From Yuukianura sp. NJ FZ-2021 (lineage: Eukaryota), in the NCBI GenBank assembly GCA_046563655.1, contig CM102284.1, positions 4,650,001 through 4,714,000 on the forward strand: a stretch of 64,000 bases of DNA, written 5' to 3'. Numbering within the stretch: the stretch's first letter is position 1; each line of letters opens with the position of its first letter. Below the pieces are notes generated by a model. That model did no database searches. It had not been told where the DNA came from and was given only the letters and a program-made list of their open reading frames with translations. A program made the translations under genes and the position numbers. Of this stretch, positions 33,301-63,448 are shown piece by piece.

Positions 33301-35338
33301 AACTCTAAAGGCTGACGGTAACTTCGTAGTTACGAAGTTCATATAATGCCTTACATAACTTTTGCAGGGGAAAAGATCTGGGAAATGAGGCTGGAGGGGG
33401 AAAACTGTTAAATCCCTAGAGATTTTTTTTTTGGAAAACGAACCATGACTCGCTCTTTTACTTTATGATTAATTCTCTGATTTTTCGTTTTTTCTTTGTA
33501 GCAACAAATGCAAGAAGTGCTGGATGCCATGTTTGAGCGAAAAGTTCAGAAAAATGAGTATGTCATCACACAGGGTGAAGATGGAGACAACTTCTACGTT
33601 ATTGAGTCGTAAGTGGGAATTGTAAATTTTTTATTTCTTGTTGAGTTAATGGATGATCCAGTTGTGAAGGCGGAATTGGTTTAATAAATCTTCATCATTT
33701 TTGTCTTGTTGCAGAGGAAACTATAAAGTATACGTTCAAAATGATGGTGAAGCAGCTCCACGTGCCGTGGGGGGATATCAGGGCAGTGGAAGTTTTGGAG
33801 AATTGGCCCTCATGTACAGTAAGTTTGCTTCTGCGTTTATTATTCAAGTTTATCAGAAGAAGCGATGGTTGGCCTGTTCAACTTTCGCATCATAAAGATG
33901 CAGAAAATGGCTAGGTTTGATCTTGTTTATTTTCTTTTCCCTAGATATGCCAAGAGCTGCCACGGTTCAAGCTGAGTCCAATGGTTCACTCTGGGCAATG
34001 GACCGACAAACCTTCCGTAGAATTGTTCTGAAGAATGCCTTCAAGAAACGTCAAATGTACGAGACGCTCTTGAACCAAGTCCCGATGCTGAAGACGCTCG
34101 AAGTAAGTTTTTCGAATGCTGCGTAGAAGTTTTCTCAGGATTTTTGGATCTTATGCCCAGTATATCTGCGACCTCGGGCTGCACTACTGCTGCTGAAGAG
34201 TGTAGCTTCCTTGAAGTGGCCCATGCCTTTTCCAATTACGATTTAATATGGTGTTCTGGTGGCTGACGTCAGATTTGCCCCAGTTCTGGGGAAATGACGC
34301 CCCCACAAACAATGGGGAAAGAACTCTCATAATTGCAATTTTCATTTGTTCTTTTCCTCTTGTCTTTGGTGTGAGCGAGCTTCCCGACCCCAATCTCCTG
34401 TCCTTATGAATTGAATATTGACGGATGACACCAATATTCGACAGCATAAAAATAGAAAACGCTTATTCCAGGGCATTCCTTGTCATGACAAATCTAGGTT
34501 CCCTTTTGCAATCGAATACTTTAGATACGCCCCCTTGGTTAAGAGTTGTTTTCATGCTTATGTCCAGGAAAGCGCCTGACTGAATATTTATCAGAACGCG
34601 AAATGGATTCTTATGGATTCTGGTGCTAATAATATTTTGTTTATATTTCAGAATTATGAAAGGATGAATTTAGCTGACGCTCTCGTTCCCCGAAGTTACA
34701 GTAACGGTGAACTGATTATTCGACAAGGCGATGTGGCCGACGGAATGTATTTTGTAGAAGATGGAACTGTCCGTGTCGTCCGAGTTGACAACAATGGGGA
34801 AGAAAAGGAGGTAACACGGATCAGTTAATTCCATCATGTCTATGTAGTGTAAGTGGTGTTGACATTGGGATTGTTTGTTTACGTTACAGTTGACTCGCAC
34901 GTCAAAAGGTGGATACTTTGGTGAACTGGCTCTTCTGACGAGTAAACCCAGAGCAGCTACTGTTATGGCAGATGGGAATGTAAAAGTTGCATGTAAGTGC
35001 TATTCAAGTATTCAACTACTGCCGCTGTTAGCTTTGACTAAAATAACGGTTTCCGCCTTCAAAAGCAAAAAGTTGGACATTTTCCAGCTTTTTCTTTCGG
35101 AGAGAACGGATTGTACAATTCAAAGCTGAAAGCTGTGGATTCTGTTTAAAAAAGTTAGTGTTGCAGTAAACTGTGGATTCAAGATGTTTTTGCTTGTCTT
35201 TGTTTAGTTTTGGACGTGGACGCCTTCGAGCGCCTTCTCGGACCGTGCATGGAGATCATGAAGCGAAATGCGGAAGGCTATGAAAAACAGCTAATCCAAA
35301 TCTTCGGTTCAAAGAATAATATAAAAGACATACGGTGA
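17964..35338 (+). CDS. Pka-R2: cAMP-dependent protein kinase type II regulatory subunit; exons 17964-18180, 23394-23488, 24493-24576, 33502-33608, 33715-33818, 33945-34102, 34652-34810, 34890-34992, 35208-35338
   Basis: RIIa D/D domain [21 protein letters not shown]; inhibitor site with phosphorylatable Ser RRKSVFAE (type II); VIHPKSD; two cNMP domains with [15 protein letters not shown] and [23 protein letters not shown]; all nine exons join in phase. Confidence 0.96.
29579..30385. mobile_element. Tc1/mariner/pogo-type non-autonomous element (807 bp), TA TSD
   Basis: Perfect 23-bp TIR CAGTGGATTCTCTAAATAAGGGA / TCCCTTATTTAGAGAATCCACTG; TA at 29577-29578 and 30386-30387. Confidence 0.9.
29808..30074. 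repeat. GC-rich minisatellite, unit about 20 bp GCGCACAA(A/C)CTGCGCAAC(A/T), flanked by TA-rich tracts
   Basis: Directly visible tandem units; accounts for the repetitive ORFs called in several frames at 29759-30119. Confidence 0.95.
30570..30653 (+). tRNA. tRNA-Ser(CGA), intronic
   Basis: Acceptor stem GCAGGCG/CGCCTGC plus discriminator G; A-box TGGCGGAGCTGG; anticodon arm ATAGA-CTCGAAA-TCTAT; long variable arm TTCCC-TAT-GGGAG; B-box GGTTCGAATCC; T-run Pol III terminator immediately downstream. Confidence 0.93.
30905..30997. mobile_element. Orphan right-end fragment of a pogo-like element related to 4536-5662
   Basis: GGTGTACTAATTAATTTTT ... TGTACTATTT ... GGTGTACGATTTGGAAATTTACGG-TA mirrors the right end at 5569-5664. 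Confidence 0.7.
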
Positions 35339-37819
35339 GCGGGAATTGGCTAAGAAGACTAACGAATATTATCCCTACTAATTTATTATACTGACACCTT
35401 AAATGTTACACACAGAAATATCTTTGACTCACCCTATTCTTAAAACAACCAAAAAATTGAAAACTTTTTCTACACTAAAGGCTACAATGAACCCTGATGG
35501 AGAAGTAGGGACAGGGAGAGGATACAACAGAAATCAGACTCAAATCAGACAGAAGTAGGACACAAACACTTAGGAACACAAGAAGATGTAGGAGTTAGCA
35601 CTGATTTGCACTAAATACGCAAATGGAGGAATTTAAGAAGGAAGCGAGACTGATGAGCTGTTGAGGAATTAACACTGTTGTTAAAAACACACCACATAAT
35701 TCAGAGCTTTACCCCTTGACCCCCCTTAGAACCCCCGCAGGTCAGGAGGATTCATTTGTTTTCTTGAAGCTGGTCTTGGGAAACAATGAATTTCTGTTCC
35801 GGATCTTGTAAATTGACTGGACACAATTTCTAATTCGGGATTTTAAGAATGTGTAACTTGGTTAAAACATAGATTTTTAATTAACTTAGCTAATTTACCT
35901 ATCCCTGTTGTGTAATTCTTAATTGACAAATGTTGTAAGGTGTAAAACTCCCTTGACTTGGTTTGTAGTGTTCTAATAATTAAGAGAGGAAGCTGCTGGT
36001 CGGCAGTAATTCATTCACTTCCTAGATGTTTATTATAAGAATAATTATTATAATAAGAATAACAATTAATGCGGTGTTAAGCTGTGAAACTTCCATTAGT
36101 AATAATTAATTCCTGATTGCATAGCAATGGGTTTAATGATCAGTTAGACAAACTTAGAAACAAGATGTGGTTTAGGAGGATGAGTTTAATAGTCGATTGT
36201 AATTTAAACTTGTTAGTTGGGTGATTACTCGTGATTAATCGGGCTTGGATTGGGATGAGTGTTTCTTTGTTGGAATGTAACAAGACAAGGTTAATAAGTT
36301 GCAAAGTTTGTCTGCCGAAGAATTGCTGTGAAACATAACATTTACACCTGTGTTGTGCAGTAACTAATTTGTGGTTATCTGGGGGTGTAGTTAAGTGTTA
36401 ATTGAATTTTTAATTATTAATGCTATTCGAAGGTTATGAGTTAATCCTTTGTTGCTTTTGTTTCCAGTTGGAAGTGAACCACAACCTTGGCGTCCTTTCC
36501 AACCACTCAAAATTCTCCACATCCTCGAATTGCGGTTCCAAATTCCAAATCCCTGTGAAATTTCAACTAAATTTTTGCATAACTTTCCGCTTTGGTCAAA
36601 TTTTCTTTCTGTGAAGTACTAAAAATGAAAGCAGAGCAATAAATTCATGACGCAAACCAGGCTTTGCTAAAGTAGCTTTTTCTACCTCCACCTTTGCATT
36701 TATTAGCTTGTCTTACTTTTACCACTTTTTAGTTGAAATCTTTCTGTAATGATTGCCTATTTTCTTCATTTCTTTTCGAAACGCTTATTTTAAAACCAAC
36801 CTTACTATTCCTGATGTTGCCGCAGCCTCTCTAACCCATATCATGAAATAACCTGACCTAAACACTTACAAATTGAATTAGGACCTTAAATGAAAGTTGT
36901 AAACTAGGTCGATTAATCCGGTTAACTATTGTCCGAATTGAAAACAAAGTTATGGAATTGTCTCATAACATTGAAGTAATAATTGTGTAAACTAATTTAG
37001 ATGTCTAGGGCCAAGTGAGTAAACGGGGAGTGGTACAATGATAAACTGTTTTGTCAATATCCGCAAATCGTTCATTATTCCCTGCTTGATTGTTATAATT
37101 TAAACCTTGTTTTGTTTCTGGATGAAAAGTATTTGATTTTAGTTTAAAAAAAAAACAAATGCAGAATGAGCATTTGGAAACATTTTCAACAAAAATAAAA
37201 AATTGTAAAGTCCAAAGACGAAATTTAGCTTTAGTTTTAAAAATTAAGGACGTTAAACATTAAACCACGACGAGTTAGCTAATTATTAGTCTCTCAAATT
37301 TAATGTTAACCTCACTCTGTTTTGGTTTGCTCACTTATGATCATTATTAAAAAGTTGCTACCGAATTTCAAAATTCCGGGAGGTGAGAGGTTTTTTATTT
37401 CTGCAACTTACACGCCATATAAAAATTAAATTCTTTCTTGCAACGTAGTTATGAGAAAACAAGCTATACAAAACCAGTAAAATTTTTAAATGCCCTGAAC
37501 CAATAGCAAGAGAAAAAATAAAAATTTTCAATAAAATATAAGTATTCAGCAACTTAATTATCATTGAAATAAAAATAATAACAAGTGCCTGGCATTTGTA
37601 ACTTAAAAATTTTGTTGTCCATTGATTTAAACTTGAAAAGCAATAAATTTCATGAATTTTTTCAAAACCAATTTTGAAACTATGCTTTTGGCAAAATTTT
37701 TGCGCTGAAGTATGCGAAATCCTGTTCTGGAACTTCAACCTGTTGATGAAGTTGAAGAAATTGCGAGAAAGTTGAAATTTTCGGAAAATTGTGATTTGAG
37801 GAATTGCGAAGTGTCAGGA

Positions 37820-39000
37820 GTGAGATCGGACGATTTTAGATAGGGGATTGTACAAAGCCAAAAGGGCTTCCCCCTTTTTGGACTTTTGTATAAAAAGAAA
37901 GGCCGCCAGCGGAAAAAAAAATTGAAGAAGGAGAGGAGCCTTTTTGGATCGCCGAATCCCCGCATAGCTCCGGACAGTTTTTCAGAGAGCCTCCAACCCT
38001 ACAATGCAAAATCTCTTTCCAAAAATTGATCAAATTCAAAAACTTAAAAAATGCATATCTCAAGAATGGAATGTTTTATCAAAGTAATCTCTTCACACCT
38101 AAACTCAGAATGATCTTAACAATATTTTAGCACAAAAAACCGAAATCAAGAATTAGGTTGATTTTTTTTTATTCTCTTCATAAAAATTTTGAGGAGGCGT
38201 TATTTGCAAAATTTGCGCAGTCCGTTATGCGAAAAGATGTTTTGCAAGTTGAGTCGAGCGACGGAGTAGCAGAAACTTTGCAAGATTGATTTCTTTTTAT
38301 TTTTCTAAAACGGGACAAAATTATTAACTGTGCTTCTGTTTCGCAAGTTTTTAAATTCTTTTCCGGATAAGGATCGTCTTAGAAAGCAGAAAAGGCATAC
38401 GGTACAAACGTTTTTTATTTCGAAATTTGAAAACATTTTAAATTTCACCCAAGTGCTCCTTATTATTGTTCAATCAAAAAAAGAATTTAAAATTTAAAAA
38501 AAGAATTTTAAATGTAAGATTATTTGCGAATTTTTATGCGAAATTAAGTCTAAAGATATTTGCAAAGAAGATAGATGCAGGAGATGTACTATCGATGGAC
38601 TTTAGTAGTAGAAATGTACTAGCCGTGGAAATGAGCGTGAGCTCCAAGCTCAAGTTTTTAAAGAGTCTTTTACATGGGAGGCCTTCGGGAGAGCAGAAAA
38701 GTAGACAGGGGATCGTACGAAGCGAAGAGGCGAGATAGGTCTTTTGCTCTTGTGTGCTTTTTGTATGGGAAGGCCACCGGAGGGAAAAAAGTTGAGGAAG
38801 GAGAGGAACCTTTTTGGATCGCCTAATCTCCGCATAGCTCCGGTCAGTTTTCAAGCAGAGCCACAACCACAACTTCACAATGGAAAATCCATTTCCAAAA
38901 TTTGAAAAACTTTCAAAATTTATATCTCACGAACGGAATGCAATAAATTGCTAATTCCTTCGCGAATAAATTCAGAATAACCCAAAGAATGTTCTGAACT
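37820..39000. repeat. Diverged direct duplication (blocks of about 300 bp, offset about 870 bp), probably a TE remnant
   Basis: Shared anchors CCTTTTTGGATCGCC (37939, 38809), CGCATAGCTCCGG (37961, about 38831), TATCTCA.GAA.GGAATG (about 38057, 38923). Confidence 0.75.
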
Positions 39001-41263
39001 GCAAAATCAATGCAGGGTCGAAATTGTGACACAGGTTTCGAAATTTGCAATTAGTGTGGATTCAGTTTTTATTAAAAAGATCGTGTAAGTGCTTAAGCGC
39101 GAAAGTGGTGAAATTAAAATTGCAAAAGTTGTGTTTTTATTTTTCTGTCGAAAATCTAAAAGAAAACATTACAATCAAATATTTAAATTCGTTTTTGCCT
39201 TGTTTTACATTGATTTAAATTGATATTTCGGGTTTTTTAAAGTTAAACTCAGAAAATTATGAAGGATTTTTAAAAATGTTAAGCTACCCCAAAATTTTGA
39301 TAAAATTTTGAAAAAATTGAAGGCTATAGCCTTGTTATTTTATTTTTGTTGCCAATTTTTTTTCCTTGGGATTTTTATGATTTTAAAACATTGTCGTATA
39401 AATGGATGTCCCCAGACGCTTACGTTCAGGCATGGATTTTCAAAATTCAACTTTTGAAAATTTGTATCTCAGGTCATTTTTTTATGAACAATTAAATTAA
39501 ATTAAAATTAAAATTTAATTGAATAAAAACTGAATTTAATTTAATTTAAAAAAAATTAAATTATTGTTTCTCTTGTTATCTCTTCACGCTGTTTAAAAGT
39601 TCTCCAGATTTTGCATTGGTAATTTTGGCTTGAACATCAGGGAAGAATATTTCTAATTTTTAAGTGGCGTCGAAGTTGTAACAATAAATCCATATTCCTG
39701 TTATTGCATTTCTATCAAAATCAAATTAATTGCTTAGTATTGCGTAACAAAATTTCATGTAATTTACATTGTGCGAAAACTTCGCAACAAAACCAGCTTG
39801 AAAACCTAACCTTCATGTTGAAAACGGGAAGATCATGCTATCGTACACAATAAAATAATTTATAACGCCATTTTTCAAGCAGTTTCTTGTTTTATTACAC
39901 TCAAGGTTAATTTTTGCGTTGCAATTTCTCAACTGCAAGCAATTCATAGTAATAAGTGTAGTAGGATTGTTCCTCAAAACAAATAATAACAAGAAGTGAG
40001 TTAAATTAATCTTTAAAAGTAAAAGAAATTAGAGCAACAAGAATATATGAAACCCGTTTGAAAACAAATCAAGTTCATTAAACTACAAATTAGACTAAAT
40101 ACAACTAGGAATTTTTTCTGCTTCCTCTCCTAACATCTTAGCTAACTCAGCTCCTAAGTTAACTAAAAAAGAAGCTAAATTAAGGTACAAATCACCATCG
40201 TAAATTCTCAATCTACCAAAAAATTTGACGTATTTAGCAAACCCTTCTCATTTAAAGTTAAACTCCATTTGAATTAGTCGCTGTTTTACAACTGAATTAT
40301 TTTCTGATTTACGCCGTTCAAATAAATATCGTTTTAAACGATATGTTAACTTTAACAAAACTGAACAAAATAATAACTTTTAGCTACTGAGCACATATGT
40401 TTCATAAGAACAGCTTTTTAGTGTAGTACTTAATTAATGTTAGTTTTGCATTAGCAAAAAACGTCTCAAAAAGATTATAAAAGACAACATAAATCCATAC
40501 GCTTGCAAAATGCAAAAACATTCTAAAATCCTACAGAATCCTTCAAAACTCTAAAAAAAAATCTTCTAAAATTAACAGAGGAAAATAAATTTTCCATAAA
40601 TCATAACAAAGAGTGTAATCAAATAAAGAACTTATAAATACCTCTTTTGCCGTTACTGAGATTTTCGTCAATTTTAAATTGACGCTTGAAACATATATAC
40701 GACTAATCAACGACGACTGGGGACTTGACACTAACGTAAGTAATTAATTCATTTTACAAAGTCATTTCAAATGATTAGAGTCCCTCTACCCCTATCTAAT
40801 TTACACTCAAATGGAACAGAAATGAACACTTTGTTATTTTTTACATTTGAACAATTTGGTTTTGATCTTGGGATCTATTTATACTTAACAGGCCAGCGGA
40901 ATCCACCCTATCAGAGCACTTATTCTTCACACTGCTTTAAAAATGTGTGAAGCAAATGCTGTTTAAGCATAATTCCCTGCCTGATTAAATTGACCTTTAC
41001 AAAGTGTTAACCTCCCAAGTAAGTTAACAATGGCAGTGAAGAGCTATTTGAGATGAGTTCATTAGAAAACCTAACATTAACAACACTTTTACATCCCATT
41101 TACCAAATTAGTTAAAAACACCCATCAATTCATGGACTTTGTCAATTAATGAACAAGTTTAACAACAAACCTAAGACTATTGTGTGCTAATCGTTTCCCC
41201 TTCCTGTGAAGCCTGTCTTTGTACACTCTATATCAATTTGCTGTCCATGACGCAGCAACTTTC

Positions 41264-58740
<17,477 letters not shown>

Positions 58741-61411
58741 GAATGTCAAGGACTCCAGGAGGATTTAGGCACTGAGGGACTACACTACCACTTAAGGCAA
58801 ACTAACCAGCAAACCCCAGAATCACTTTCACTACTTTAGCACTTATCACTACTCCCTAAACTATTTCTGTAATGTTTTGTACTTGTGTTTAACAGTTGGA
58901 GAGTGACCTTTGGGCGGTGGATCATGTTGTGGTGGGGCCAGTTGCTCCGACGATCCTGTCGGTGTCCAAGTACTTGGATGGAGCAGTGTGTCGGCGGAGA
59001 GAGGCAGTAGAATAAGGCATTGGCCTAAATAACCTCCGCTGACTCCACTACTATACACACTCTATACTGAACTGAAGTGAGGAATCCCAGGCTGCAACTC
59101 AATGTTTATCAACGGAGGCTCCATTCCGGAATATGGGAGGGTGGGTACATCCCAAGACACACAGCAAAAAGAGGGATACTCTCTCTCTTCTTGTCTCACG
59201 TACACGCACAAAATGTAAAAGTTAAACGTATAAAACCCTCTCTTTTTTCTCTTCCCTATATGCAAGCACTTCACTTTCAAATTCGGCGCCTCCAAAATTA
59301 TACCCTCCCGCCTACCATAATCAAGCATAATTGCTAGCTATTTCGCGATTGTTAAGTTATTCGCGAATTGTAACTTTAACTTTATATATTTTATTAATTA
59401 ACTGAACAAATATGAGGTGAATGACAACATGCAGTTGCTCAGACTTAGTCATTCTAATGTGGAACTGCGCTGAACGAAACCGGATTTGGTTCGACTAATT
59501 TTATCCTTCCTGTGCGAAAAAGTGCAATCAAACAATCCACCATTTGTTTTCGTAAATTGCCTTTTAAAAACCGCATCAAACGCTTCTTTCTTGTTCAAAA
59601 TTTTTATAAGTTCCTCGTTTTCGGGAATGAATTTATAATAGGTTGGGGATAGGTTTAAAAAAGGCATTAACTTTTGGTTATTAAGTTTACAGTCAAAAAA
59701 ATAACAGAAAGTTATGTCATGTCCTAGCGCGGATTAGTGTAGTACTAGTGGTTGATGAGAATTTATAGTAATATTTAATACATTATAATATGCTAATTTT
59801 TTAATTATATATTTTTAAACCATTACATAGTTATATTAAATCTTTAAATTCTGCTAGCAGGGCTTTCCCTTTCCCTCTTTCATCTTTTCATTTAAGCGTT
59901 GCGATACATGGGCCATCCAGCGAACTGAGGATTCTAACAAACATTTCTGAGATGGACCTAAATATAGCCACTAGATGTCACTGGTACACTGTGCTAAAAT
60001 TAAAAACGACGCGAAGCAGATCTTCCTGGACAAAGTTCGTGTCAGGTTATGCAAGTGATGTAGAGAAAGCAAAATGAGGTTACGGTTAGGTCGAGAAGGC
60101 AACGACCATTGACATGTTTGGCATTTTGGTCCAGTTGGAATTCCGGAGGCTTCGTGAACTTTCTCTCCAGGGAAATAAGGCCCGATAAATCAACCATCCG
60201 AAAACTGTTTTCCATTCCACAGAACGCAAGACATGAACCACAAAGGAAAACAAAACACATTCCCAATTTTACTCAACAAGCAATCCAACTTTTAGGAAAT
60301 ACTTTGTACTTTTCTCTGGAAGGATTTGGGCCAGGACAAGATCAAAAGATCATTCTCCAGTTCCACTGCAACTTCCAGAAGTCTGGGTTTAAGGTCCAAA
60401 ATTCTGGAAGAAAAAGCAGAGGTCAATTTTTTATTCCCCCTCATCGGACTTACCCCTCTGCGTCCATTTCAATCTCCTAAAAAAACAATAGGCTAAGAAA
60501 GTCCAGGGAGATGAAGCTGACTTTCCCTAGTGGTTTTGGTGGATTTTATGGTTCGGAAAAACAAAATGGAACTGCCAGGTCATCCATCTTTATTTCAGAA
60601 ACAGGTCAAAGGTCGTATCGGTTCAACTTACTTTCCATTAAACTTTTTTCAACTATTAAGCCGAGCTGACACATGGATTGGCACAGCTGCCTAAGTGTTC
60701 AACTCGTAAAAAACATATTGCCAAGTGGAAATTGAAAAATAAACTACATAATTTATGCATTATATTTTTTTATTCCAATAACAATAATAAATCATAATTA
60801 TAAGTTGAAAATGAAAAAAAATAAAAAAAAAATAATAATATTTTGAGAATGAAATTTCATGCTGACTTCCACGCCGCCCAAAAAAAAAAGATATTTTGTG
60901 TGCGTCTCTTTTATTCGTTCGCCAGAAAAAGTTTTGAGTGGCGTTAGCTTTTTTTTTATTCCTCAAAAATTAATTTTTGGAAATTCCAATTCAAAAATTT
61001 TGTTGATCAGCTACTGTTTGCCACCGTTTTTGAAATCTCCGGACAAGGCTAGAAGCGTAGAAGACAAAAACACTCACAGTTGCGTTCACAAAGATGACCT
61101 CCTTGGTCTTGGTGGTGACCTTCATATGTGGAATCGCAACATTGTCAATAGCGTGAATACAAAGAAACTGACTCACAAATAATAAAAAGTCTGTTCAGAC
61201 TTACACTTTACATCCGTATCTGCAACTTAACTTTTGAATTCGCTTTCCTTGCATTTTGTTAACCTCTTGACCCCTTCACTAAAGGCCACTTCTGTAATCG
61301 CACATAAACGCAAGTTCAATCTCAATTTCCTGAATTTCATCCAACAATTAACTTTATTCTTTTATGGTCATTACTTACTGCAAAACGCAATTTTTTTTAA
61401 AAGCGACCTTG

Positions 61412-61419
61412 TATAAATA
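61412..61419 (+). promoter_or_regulatory. TATA box of Cys-rich peptide gene 1
   Basis: TATAAATA 85 bp upstream of the ATG at 61497; paralog 2 has TATAAATA at the same distance. Confidence 0.65.
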
Positions 61420-61496
61420 CTGAAATCAGCGATGAGATGTTTCGCAGACATATTTTAGCTTCTGGTGCTAATAATTCGTCAATTAAGTCTTGAAAG

Positions 61497-62023
61497 ATGA
61501 GCCGTATAACAGTTTTGATTTTTGTAGCCATTCTGATCTCTTTCAACAATGAACCGGCTGAAGCAAAAATGGGTAAATTAAACCTATTTACACGCCTAAA
61601 TTTTAAAATAATTAAAAATACCGTATTTCCTCGCATAATTCGCAGTCGCATATTGAATAAAGGTATTACTAATTTGACTGATCACTTTGGTGACGATTAG
61701 GGTTGGGACGCGGACTGACTTGTCTTCTGAACCAATGTGGCCCACCAACTGGTGTATTTACGATTTATTGCCACTTGGGTTGCTTAGCAGCAGGTTGGAG
61801 CTTGGGCGGCACTTGTACATCATTTATTCCTCTTGGCTCATCAATTCCTAACGCAGCACAGTGTCAATGTAACGGAATCGGCGGTGTTGCTACGCTGAGT
61901 ACGATACCAATCGTATGCAGGGTCGCATGTCCGGTGGCTTGTGGTACTTGCGGGAGGCCACCCCTGTCATCGGCATGCGCCGCTAACGGAGCCACTGGAT
62001 TGACTGTCTGCAATTGCAATTAA
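61497..62023 (+). CDS. Secreted cysteine-rich peptide 1 (14 Cys, defensin-like spacing); exons 61497-61572, 61701-62023
   Basis: Signal peptide MSRITVLIFVAILISFNNEPAEA; phase-1 intron; mature region GLGRGLTCLLNQCGPPTGVFTIYCHLGCLAAGWSLGGTC...CQC...CRVACPVACGTC...C...CNCN*. Confidence 0.85.
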
Positions 62024-62822
62024 AGTTTACTTTGACTTTATGTAAGTTAAATAGTTGTATGCAGTAAGTCTCTGGTACAATTTCCAAAAGAAAATTGGTT
62101 TGTCCAAAGCAGGGTTTAGTTTATTAAAAAACTGTTTAAATCAGTTTTTTTCATTCTTCAAAAATTCATTTTTCTCAAAAATTGCCAAGATATTTTCTTT
62201 TAAAAATGATTGAAAACGCGTTGTCGATTAATTCAAAAGAAGTGAAAAGGCAAGGTGGTAATTGAAGTTTCAAGATTTCAAAATGAATTCATTAATTCTA
62301 GGGTTTATGTTAGCTTAAGTAAATAATTCAAGATCTAGATTGATCCGGTTCGTCACTAAATTCCAAAAGCGTGTTTTTTTAATTTAAGCTTAACAACATA
62401 CTTCTTAGCCTAGTCTATTCCAACCGTGCATGAAATTTCTAGACTTCCATCGTAGCCTGTGTGAAGTTCTAACGTAGAAACACATTTTTAAATTAAATTT
62501 TGTCTAAACAAGAAAGTTCATTCACTTTGCATACATAATTTTCAGTTTTAATAAGCCTATTCTTATTCGTGGAACAATTTTGACCTCTTGACCCCTGCCC
62601 CAACTAATGTTCGTTTTTAGAAATTCGCAAATTCACTTTCCACTCCCTGCCTTTCTACACACACAAAAGTCCACAAATTTGTGCGTCCTTTAGCGCATAA
62701 ACAAAATTAAGATGATGCCTATGCACAAGAATTACTTTAGTGTATAAACAAAATTAAGCCTGTTTTTGATGCACGATCATAACTTTTTTGCATAAGCAGA
62801 TTTTTCTTAAACAACTATTGCC

Positions 62823-62830
62823 TATAAATA
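62823..62830 (+). promoter_or_regulatory. TATA box of Cys-rich peptide gene 2
   Basis: TATAAATA 85 bp upstream of the ATG at 62908. Confidence 0.65.
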
Positions 62831-62907
62831 TCAGAACTTTCATGAAGATTGTTACAGACGCAGTTGAATTTGGTCATTTTGTCCAAAATAATTTGCACCC
62901 TCGTAAG

Positions 62908-63448
62908 ATGAAGCTTATCGTTTCGTTTGTTTTTGGAGCTCTGCTTTGCCAAAATGCTCCAGTTGAAGCCCAATTATTAGGTAAACTAAAAACTAAAACA
63001 AAATTTTAAATTAACTAGTTCTAGATTAAGTATTTATAACTTACTGAAAATTAATTTCGTTCTTAAATACCAACTTGACTGATCACTTTTGCCTTGATCA
63101 GGGCTGGGGAATGGGCTGACCTGTCTGCTGAACCAATGCGGTCCAGCGGACGGTGTCTTTACCATTTATTGCAACGAGGCCTGCGTACTACAGAAATTTG
63201 ACTCCGGTACATGTACTTCGACAGCAGTTGATGGCGCATCAAGTCCAAACGCAGCACAGTGTCAGTGTAACGGGAAGGGTGGAATTTCTGCGCTGAACAC
63301 GATACCCATCGTATGTAGCGTCGCATGTCCTTCCGCCTGTGCCACTTGTGGGAATCCACTGCTGGCATCCGCTTGCGGAAATAGCGACGCCACTGGATTG
63401 ACCTACTGCAATTGCAACGCAACTAAAAGTTATCTTGAACTCTACTAG
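62908..63448 (+). CDS. Secreted cysteine-rich peptide 2 (paralog of gene 1; second exon absent from the ORF track); exons 62908-62980, 63102-63448
   Basis: MKLIVSFVFGALLCQNAPVEAQLL|GLGNGLTCLLNQCGPADGVFTIYCNEACVLQKFDSGTCTSTAVDGASSPNAAQCQCNGKGGISALNTIPIVCSVACPSACATCGNPLLASACGNSDATGLTYCNCNATKSYLELY*; same intron position and phase, all 14 mature Cys conserved. Confidence 0.87.

Noticed and set aside
59449-59750. 72-aa ORF followed by CTAGT, possible Helitron end
   Set aside because: No convincing GC-rich hairpin before CTAG and no Rep/helicase similarity seen.
61619-61650. TACCGTATTTCCTCGCATA, a possible pogo-type left end in the intron of peptide gene 1
   Set aside because: Short match with no partner TIR; too little to call.
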